The translations under genes and the position numbers were made by a program. Under the pieces are notes generated by a model. That model was given only the letters and a program-made list of their open reading frames with translations. It ran no database searches and had not been told where the DNA came from. Below are positions 54,301 to 60,553 of a stretch of 62,624 nucleotides of DNA, piece by piece. Each line of letters starts with the position of its first letter. The stretch's first letter is position 1. The stretch comes from Hadesarchaea archaeon. Its GTDB lineage: Archaea > Hadarchaeota > Hadarchaeia > Hadarchaeales > Hadarchaeaceae. The stretch lies in NCBI GenBank assembly GCA_029259175.1, contig JAPDJH010000012.1:1-62624 (forward strand), read 5' to 3'.

Positions 54301-56060
54301 TCAAGTCGAGTGCTAGCGCGCTTTACACTTGGCAGATCTACGACTGGACCAATTCAAGCTGGCTGACTTTGCGATCGGGCACGGTCGGAACCACCGAGGT
54401 CAGCTGGGAAAATACCATCACCACAAACCCCGCCAACTACATCAGCGACGGCGCGCAGAACATCCGCGTGCGCCTGTACACAAGCGGAGAGTCTAGCGCC
54501 CACCGTGTGCAGATAGACTTGTTGGAGTACAGGGTGAACTACACGTCGGCAGGCACCTACTCGTTGGAGATGCGGCACGATTCGGCCCCAGTGTCCTATG
54601 AGGGAGCACTTGAAGAAATCCGAGTCACGGTAAACTTCAAGTCCGAGAACACCGCCACCTATCACTTTGAGATCTACAACTTCGACTCGGGCCAGTGGGA
54701 GCCTGGTCAATCGGGTTTGGTTGGGGCGAGCGAGGTCACCTGGACGATAACCAGAACGAGCAACCCGGCCAACTACATCTCGCCCGACGAGAACATCCGC
54801 GTGAGGCTTCGAACCTCCAACGAGTCCTCGGCGCACCGCTCCCAGGTCGACTACCTAGAGTTCCGGGTGCTCTCAAGCCTCACCAGGTACCGCCTGCGAT
54901 GGGAGCACCGCCTAACCGATGTGGAGGATACCTTGCAGGACTGTGTAATCAAAATTTGTGGGTACAACGCAACCGGCGACGAGAACGTAAGCGTCAGCGT
55001 TTGGAATTCGAGCACGAACGGCTGGGAAACCATCGGGATGCTGCCTTCTACCCCGGGCGAGCTCACACACTCTCTCCAGAACATCAGCGATTATCTGGTG
55101 GGTAACAACGTCTCGATCAAGTTTGAAGACGAGAACGCCGACACCTCCCCGACGAGAATTCGCATCGATTACGTTGCGCTCGAGGCGCAGAAGCCTTACT
55201 CGACGGTAGTTCGGGTGAAGGTGAGAAGCAGCTCGGATAACGTGGTGTGGCCGGATTGGGCAAGCGTTCCGTATATTTCTCCGGGCTCCCCCCTGCCCTA
55301 CGAGAGCCGCTATCTCCAGTACCGCGTCGAACTCTTGACTGAAGACAACACGGTAACCCCCGCCTTTGACGAGTTCACCGCCACCTATGCTCAAGCGACG
55401 AAGGCGAGCACCGGCACCTTCACGAGCCAGCCCCTCGAGCTCGGTTATGTTGAGAGCTGGGGCACGCTCAGCTGGAGTGGAGACGTGCCTGAAAACACCT
55501 CTATCTCGTTCGCCACCAGAAGCTCGGTGGATGGCTCGGTGTGGTCGGACTGGCAGGAGCTTGACTCGGGAACCATACAGAGCCCAACCTATGGTCGCAG
55601 ATACCTGCAGGTTCGCGCCACTTTCCACGGCGTGGGCACAGCTACGCCCACTCTTCACTATTATAGCATAGCATACACACCGGATCGAACGCCACCTGTG
55701 ATAACCCTAAGCGAGCCGAGCGAAAACTTCGTGACAAGTTCTCGATATATCACTTTGAAGGGACAGTTGGAGGATGCCAACCCGATAACTCTGGAAGTTA
55801 ATGGAAAGTCTATATCTCTGGACCCAGGTAGTTTTGAGGTGTGTGTAGAACTCAGCCCGGGTCATAACACTATTCGCGTAACCGCCTTGGATGCGGCGGG
55901 CAACCAAAGCGAGATCACCCTTTCTGGCACCTACTCGCCGCCTGCAGGGTGGATTAAGTGGGCTTTGGTCGCAGCAGTTGTTGGAGCAGTGGCTGCAGTC
56001 GTGGTGTTGTTCGTTACGCACAAAGGCATAGTAAGCACAATTCGCGCGAGCCCTAGTTAA
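51339..56060 (+). CDS. Large surface-anchored protein: Kelch-like propeller, lamin-tail domain, CBM-like domain, nested beta-sandwiches, Ig domain, C-terminal TM
   Basis: Signal peptide; WDNGDYIYVL / WTGGDYIY / WDGGNFIYVL repeats; HVVISEIY..EWFELYNP; NLIQNPGFETG..YIDDV; DRTPP..DAAGN; hydrophobic C-terminus. Confidence 0.9.
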   Translation: MFSLWLRAVSAPMVVLALVIMFAIPVASHHEIFVDENFTNPDVVLDNVEITASGLRLLVASESWVQATETDFKRGNYEDVVVSDLGVRLAKIDNDRWVAKDNAPYSSAYGIAAVGAGRYVFILRGYYSGVKVGIGRYDTETGSWESWSDPAIEWQEKKHYFKNGCAMAWDNGDYIYVLAGGSYNDVPNPSDPTKYEPRYGFWRFRVDDPSSWTRLENTPWWQGPGDCLTWVKIGDEEYIYAWLGTTSRGCKADPGYAKFYRYHITPNAPDGIGKWEVTPITEIAENGIPEYPYGADDGANLVWTGGDYIYYMPGAYNESLSRDAEFAWGRFVISENRWERLADMPLNVNPETEETDGVDDGGSAVWDGGNFIYVLKGGDGSGSDPAENFYRYSISDDSWEVLANVPAGPHRNNGTRLGYAGKRVYYWHANSSGFWAYEPPCYERDGWFESEVFDAGEIVTWQQASWQVSLPGGVTRVKKSVSAEPTSLVSGEDRLGSLPTNIADHVVISEIYPNAKDETNSEWFELYNPTSSPIDMSGWSFGRITSAGNKHTDGTFPEGTTIPAHGYFLVGDNTLLADNTAWPSPDYVESLTIANSDGCYFVENSDGYVDKVAWGSNTYGEGNPFPTNPGEGKSLERKSSATHDETEGNGYDTDSNTSDFYIRSSPQPQNSSSPTEAPLVQASNYLETWSRDGVFEEIEEGATRVPETSGFHEGGTVVEEGTVSSGSPANLDANDQVYFEVDAAFAEGRARTETLHEAGTTVENGSEVSGTSTANLDADDGVYYEVDAGSSPGGEGSNLIQNPGFETGDLTHWTELGTSGKHVVTNERAASGTYSCKFVDLTTSYSGRRIVADNVAVTPGKDYRFGARFYIPQVGGGSIENYKVRCWIEWYCENGDLAGRYQPWGRVLSAFNAWEAQEWTDTAPEGAAKAAVFVDAKRASGSPQDNVYIDDVKLAEITSVYSIDLRHDSEQVTVDQTSVDNISVKLNFKSSASALYTWQIYDWTNSSWLTLRSGTVGTTEVSWENTITTNPANYISDGAQNIRVRLYTSGESSAHRVQIDLLEYRVNYTSAGTYSLEMRHDSAPVSYEGALEEIRVTVNFKSENTATYHFEIYNFDSGQWEPGQSGLVGASEVTWTITRTSNPANYISPDENIRVRLRTSNESSAHRSQVDYLEFRVLSSLTRYRLRWEHRLTDVEDTLQDCVIKICGYNATGDENVSVSVWNSSTNGWETIGMLPSTPGELTHSLQNISDYLVGNNVSIKFEDENADTSPTRIRIDYVALEAQKPYSTVVRVKVRSSSDNVVWPDWASVPYISPGSPLPYESRYLQYRVELLTEDNTVTPAFDEFTATYAQATKASTGTFTSQPLELGYVESWGTLSWSGDVPENTSISFATRSSVDGSVWSDWQELDSGTIQSPTYGRRYLQVRATFHGVGTATPTLHYYSIAYTPDRTPPVITLSEPSENFVTSSRYITLKGQLEDANPITLEVNGKSISLDPGSFEVCVELSPGHNTIRVTALDAAGNQSEITLSGTYSPPAGWIKWALVAAVVGAVAAVVVLFVTHKGIVSTIRASPS

Positions 56061-56449
56061 TAACCCGTGGTGCGGTATCAAGATAGAGGATGGGAAAGGC
56101 AACGGTGATCTACCGTACAGCGACATTTGCCGTTTTGCTCGTCTCCCCCAAGCGAGGCTACTCACCTTCGGGGAGGGGGAAATCCGAAGCGAAACTTTTC
56201 CCAAGCCAAAGCAGCCAGCAACTATCGAGTCAGGGTGACGATTCACCGCTTCGACCCAAGAAAATGGGCATACGTTATAACCGCGCTAGATTCAGTTTCC
56301 GAATGAAAGTCGGTAACCGTGTTAGAAAACACTGCTTGATTTTAAGCCTTGCGGCAGAGGCTTCCGCAGCGTCCGCCATCGGCAGCCTGTGGAGGATCTT
56401 TCTCGATGAGTTTTTATGGGTCAAAATGAATCCTAGTAGGGGTAACGGT

Positions 56450-56740
56450 ATGCTGAAAAATGCTCAGAAGGCTGTGAGGAAAATCTCCGGCGATTATCAC
56501 AAGAAGTGGGTCACAACTTCGACGTTCTTTCACAGCCTGATAACCGAACAGCTCGGCCAGGTGGCGCACTCTTACATTCACGGCGGACGCTATGCGAAGG
56601 ACCTTGAGGTTGATATCGCAGACGTGATCCTCTGCTGCCTGGCTTACCTGAACTGGCTCGACAAGGACGCGTCCGCGGCGTTCGAAAAGTCCCTTCGAAA
56701 GCACAGGCAGGTTCTGGAGGGGTTGAAGCGTAGGAAGTAG
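56450..56740 (+). CDS. MazG-like all-alpha NTP pyrophosphohydrolase with a degenerate acidic motif
   Basis: LITEQLGQVA..DLEVDIADVI..LNWLD.D...AF; ATG 56450 preferred over 56090. Confidence 0.7.
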   Translation: MLKNAQKAVRKISGDYHKKWVTTSTFFHSLITEQLGQVAHSYIHGGRYAKDLEVDIADVILCCLAYLNWLDKDASAAFEKSLRKHRQVLEGLKRRK

Positions 56741-57657
56741 TGAGAGTGAGAACGGGAATGTTGGTTACCACTTTGCGCTTCTCCAAATACTCAACCACAG
56801 GGGCGAGCCACGAGCGGCCGGCCGGGGGTGGTTTGGTGAGAGCAGCGCGGCGGTACGGACAGGACGCCTACGTGACTAGGTTCAGGAGGGAACGGATCGC
56901 GATCGCCGTACTCCTCACTGTTTTGGTCGCGGGCGCCTGCTTCTTTTTTATATTACAAGGGCGGGGCTCGTCGTCCAACATAGCTTATTCCATCGGCGAC
57001 CGCTGGACTTGGGCCGGAACCGTGCAGACCTCTCAAGACGGCCTCGAGGTGACCATGTTCTCGAGGATCGAGGAGATAACCGGGGTGGAAACCAAGCGGG
57101 GTCACAGGTGTTGGGTCGTTAAATCCAGCGATGCCAACAACCAGGAGAACTATTCCCTGGATTATATCTTCGTCGAAGCGGGCGCGATGTACAAGGTCAT
57201 CAGCGAGTCATTCTCCGGCGGCCACAAGACGGGCGAGACCGTGTACTCAAGCCCCGCGCTGATGATCGAGTTTCCGCTCGAGGTGGGGAAGCGGTGGACC
57301 GACGCGAAGCCCCTCTCCGGCTACGACAACGCGGGCGGAATCGAGCTGATCAGTGGGCAGAGGACTTCGAGCAGCGAGGTCCTCCGTAAGGAATCGATCA
57401 CGGTCCCTGCTGGCACCTTCGAGTGCTGGGTGATAAAAACGACGGAGATCGTAGATGGCACGCACGTGATAAGGGTGGAAAACCAGCTCCTCGGGGCGCA
57501 GGCGACGACCGTGAGCACACAGATGGGCTGGTACTCCGAAAGCGTGAAGAACTTTGTGAAGAGAACGGTGGAAAGCACTACCATCGTGACCATCTCAGGG
57601 CAGCAGCAGATCCTGGAAACCACCACGGAGATGAACCTGTCGAGCTACAGCGTCTGA
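56740..57657 (+). CDS. Membrane-anchored extracellular beta-rich protein (DUF3108/TapB-like)
   Basis: N-terminal TM, GDRWTW, FPLEVGKRW, ESITVPAGTFECW, WYSE.V..FVK; the start is probably downstream of 56740. Confidence 0.75.
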   Translation: MRVRTGMLVTTLRFSKYSTTGASHERPAGGGLVRAARRYGQDAYVTRFRRERIAIAVLLTVLVAGACFFFILQGRGSSSNIAYSIGDRWTWAGTVQTSQDGLEVTMFSRIEEITGVETKRGHRCWVVKSSDANNQENYSLDYIFVEAGAMYKVISESFSGGHKTGETVYSSPALMIEFPLEVGKRWTDAKPLSGYDNAGGIELISGQRTSSSEVLRKESITVPAGTFECWVIKTTEIVDGTHVIRVENQLLGAQATTVSTQMGWYSESVKNFVKRTVESTTIVTISGQQQILETTTEMNLSSYSV

Positions 57658-58542
57658 ACGGGAGTAAAACAGTTCAGAAAAATCGAGACGCCGGGAGAGT
57701 TACGACATCGAGATGGTGCTGTCCCCCGCATCGCTTTGATACCGCCAGTTTACCGGTTTTTCTTGGCTAGTCTGGCTCACCAGTACAGAACCTTTCGATA
57801 TGTGCGGTGTAGACGGTAAAGACGGTGAGAAAGCCTACTTCTGGAATACCCCGCACCAGCCGAAATGGTTTCACGTCTCCGCAACGCTCGGGTTTCTTCC
57901 CTACCTGCTTTGTCTGGATCTCCGCGATCTCGAGGACTTCCATGTTCTGACAGACCTCATAGATTTGGGGCCTGTTCCGCCGCTCCTTTACCGTGCTGAA
58001 GTTGGCCCCGAACTCGATGTCCTGCTTGGACCATGTTCAGTTCTTCAGGCCGTTGGTATCTTTCTGAAGCCCCGTGCTCAGGCGGACTTAGCCAGCACAT
58101 CTCTCCCCTTCGGGGCGGAGACAGTCGGCGGCTCGTCCGGCACATGGGCTTGGTCAGCCACTCGTTATCGATGCGGCTCTTCCTGGTACCCTCCGCTTTC
58201 GACTTTTTGGGAGGGTTCGCCGGCAGGGAGATGACCGTGTTCCTCAATGGACTTGATCCAAGGCCAACAGAACCCCACCGACTCCGGCGCGGCTTTGGTA
58301 CCGCGGAAGTCTTTTGAGGAACTTTTGAACCTTTCCTGTATCACGATCTCTCCATCCATTCATATCGCCATTTTTATGTGTCCTCTCTAGGTGCAAACCT
58401 GCAACCACTTTTGGTGTGTTTTCACTACCGAAGAATATTCTTCGCTTTTCGTCGAGGTTGCTCAAAACCGGGCTTTATCTTCTCTAAAAGCGATTGGAAA
58501 GGGTGTGCCTGCTGGAGGAAGTCTAAAAATTTTGTGCTTGCT

Positions 58543-58558
58543 ATAAGAAAATTTTCTT
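58543..58558. promoter_or_regulatory. Palindromic site upstream of the second ArsR gene
   Basis: AAGAAAATTTTCTT is a perfect 14-bp palindrome at 58545-58558, within ATAAGAAAAT. Confidence 0.5.
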
Positions 58559-58620
58559 TTTCACGGTTCCAAATTTTTTTTAAAATTGTTTAAATGCTCA
58601 CTTCAAGAGTTATTTAACTG

Positions 58621-59340
58621 ATGGGAGATGTGGAAGGGTGTGGCGATTCGATATTGCTCCTGCCAGCCTCCAATTCGGCTAGCTCGGGAGCGGAACCTCG
58701 CGCCCGCTCCTCCTACCGCTTGAGTCAGATCAAGATATGTGGTGAAAGAAAACCAGTGGTTTCTAAACTCTCTTCTAAGGACGAGTGGCGAACTGCGAGC
58801 GAGGCCGAGGTGGTAGCCTTTGTCCGTGCGCTTCACGACCCCGTTCGCCGTGCGATTTTAAAACTCCTCGAGCTCTGGCCTATGCGCCAGTACGAGCTTA
58901 CCCAAATCCTTTCAGAAGTCACCGGGCGCTACTACCGTGACTCCCTGGTGCACTACCACCTGCGGGAGCTCGAGCGGGCCGGACTCATCGGGTTCGGGAC
59001 CACCCGCAACGAGAACCGTGCCAAGATCATCTACCGTAAGGTCGACTATCGGGTCCAGTTCAAGCCGCGCCCAGAGCCCGAGCACTTGGAGCGGTACGCG
59101 CGCAAGCGCATCATCGGGGAACTCAAGAAGGCGCTGCGGAAGGAAAGAAAGCGGTGGAGGGGAGTCTCAAGATCAGGCACAGCGCGCAAATTGTCGGGCC
59201 TTTTGGGATCCCTCGAAGCGAGCGGTCGGAGGAAATCCCGAAAGCCACATACGAGCACTGCGGCTCTTCCGACGTATTCACCGGCCATGCCACGTTCCAT
59301 TTCGCTCTATGCAAGCGGTGCAGGTACTACTGGAGGCTGA
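58621..59340 (+). CDS. ArsR-type winged-HTH regulator, paralog of 42777..43220
   Basis: EWRTASE..ALHDPVRRAILKLL..PMRQY..VHYHLRELERAGLI..KIIYR; the true start is probably ~58756, after GGTGA. Confidence 0.85.
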   Translation: MGDVEGCGDSILLLPASNSASSGAEPRARSSYRLSQIKICGERKPVVSKLSSKDEWRTASEAEVVAFVRALHDPVRRAILKLLELWPMRQYELTQILSEVTGRYYRDSLVHYHLRELERAGLIGFGTTRNENRAKIIYRKVDYRVQFKPRPEPEHLERYARKRIIGELKKALRKERKRWRGVSRSGTARKLSGLLGSLEASGRRKSRKPHTSTAALPTYSPAMPRSISLYASGAGTTGG

Positions 59341-59561
59341 GTGAGTCAAAACGGAAGGAGGGATGAGATGAGCGGACAGACATTAGGGAGCGTGCTTGGT
59401 GGCAGTTCAAGCGAATTGACAGTTATTTATCAAATGAGCACATAAGTTTTAGGGGTAGACCGCTGGGGAACCTGTTCTTTGAGGCCGGCAGGGATGTGTG
59501 AACTTCCGAGTACCCGACCCCATCAATCGGATTTTGCATACAGATTCAGTTTGGTATCAAT

Positions 59562-59716
59562 CGGATTTCGTATACGAACGGGCAACCTGATTTCGTAAGC
59601 GGAGAAGGCGCAGGAAGCCAGATTTCGAAAGCGGAGGCGATCGCTGGCCTTTCTCGGTGGCGGTCCCAAGCGCGGGTTGCCCCTCCCCGGGCCAGCACCC
59701 CTGTGCGGTTTTCGCC
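59562..59716 (+). repeat. Diverged ~155-bp non-coding direct repeat, copy A
   Basis: Aligns collinearly with 60271-60424 (gatttcgtat..gat.tcgtaagcg..gg.gcagga.g..gatt.cg.aa.cg..ggcga..ggcggt.ccaa..ttcgcc). Confidence 0.75.
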
Positions 59717-59758
59717 AGCGTTTTTCTTTCGGTGAGCGCTTTTCCACAAAGGGCTGCT

Positions 59759-59984
59759 TTATTCCACTAATTCTATGAACTCTTCCCTCGTCAAACCCGG
59801 CTGTCTGATGATTTCGAGTAACGTGCCCCTAACTATCTCCTTGTGGAAAGGCCACGACAACACCTTTCTTCTTTACAAATTTTACGAGAATAGCGTGGCT
59901 GCTTTTTCTTCTCGCGGCTTGAAACCCAACTTTAGAAGAGCCTTGATGACATCCTCACCTGACAGTACTGGTAGCTTTTTTCGT
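59759..59984 (-). pseudogene. hicA: HicA toxin, frameshifted
   Basis: KKLPVLSGEDVIKALLKLGF / SSHAIL / HKEIVRGTLLEIIRQ.GLTREEF lie in different frames; the start codon is lost. Confidence 0.8.
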
Positions 59985-60198
59985 GGCTGACTCCAAACCT
60001 CGTGATTATCATCGGTTCGCCGCCGACCCCTTCCGGCAGACCCATCTCTTCTACGTACAGCTCAACGGCTTCCTTCAAGTTTTCCAGCGCTTTTTCAACC
60101 GTGGGGTCCTGGCTGACGACATCCAATTCCGGGCACGACGCCACGTATTGCTTTTCACCCTTCCTGATTATCGCGGTCAACTCCGTAACTTCACCCAT
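59932..60198 (-). CDS. hicB: HicB-family antitoxin (UPF0150)
   Basis: YVASCPELDVVSQ..TVEKALENLKEAVELYVE; ATG 60198. Confidence 0.85.
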   Translation of the reverse strand: MGEVTELTAIIRKGEKQYVASCPELDVVSQDPTVEKALENLKEAVELYVEEMGLPEGVGGEPMIITRFGVSHEKSYQYCQVRMSSRLF

Positions 60199-60270
60199 CA
60201 AAATTGGCATCCTGAAGCACTTGAAGTTTGCAGGTTGGGTCAGACAGCACAAAAATCAGCAGCTTTTTGC

Positions 60271-60424
60271 CAGATTTCGTATTCGGACCACCTGCTGGAT
60301 CTCGTAAGCGAAAAGGGTGCAGGAGGTCTGGATTCCGGAAACGAGGGCGAATCCCGGTTTTCCTCAGGGCGGTTCCAAATGCCGGCAGCTCCCTTCCCGC
60401 CGGCGCTTTCCCAAAGGGTTCGCC
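60271..60424 (+). repeat. Diverged ~155-bp non-coding direct repeat, copy B
   Basis: Homologous to 59562-59716; lies upstream of the final large secreted-protein gene. Confidence 0.75.
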
Positions 60425-60553
60425 GACTTCAACCGAATTTGAAAAAAGTCTTTTACCAAGCAAACATCCATATAAATTTGGTTCGAGGTGGTGTCGGATT
60501 GAACTCAAAACTACCTTTCTTCAAAGAAACGAAGGCCGCTGGAGGGGTTGAAT

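Noticed and set aside
59154-59366. Separate zinc-ribbon gene (HCGSSDV..CKRC)
   Set aside because: It overlaps the ArsR ORF tail and the first Cys pair is incomplete, so it cannot be supported.
59520-59640. Degenerate CRISPR mini-array
   Set aside because: The repeats are short, irregularly spaced (34, 25 and 32 bp) and part of a larger duplicated element.
59660-60410. SRP helix-8-like sequence on the minus strand of the direct repeats (GGCCCGGGGAGGGGCAA; GGGAAGGGAGC)
   Set aside because: The resemblance is short, and the stem pairing and the rest of an SRP RNA are missing; likely chance.
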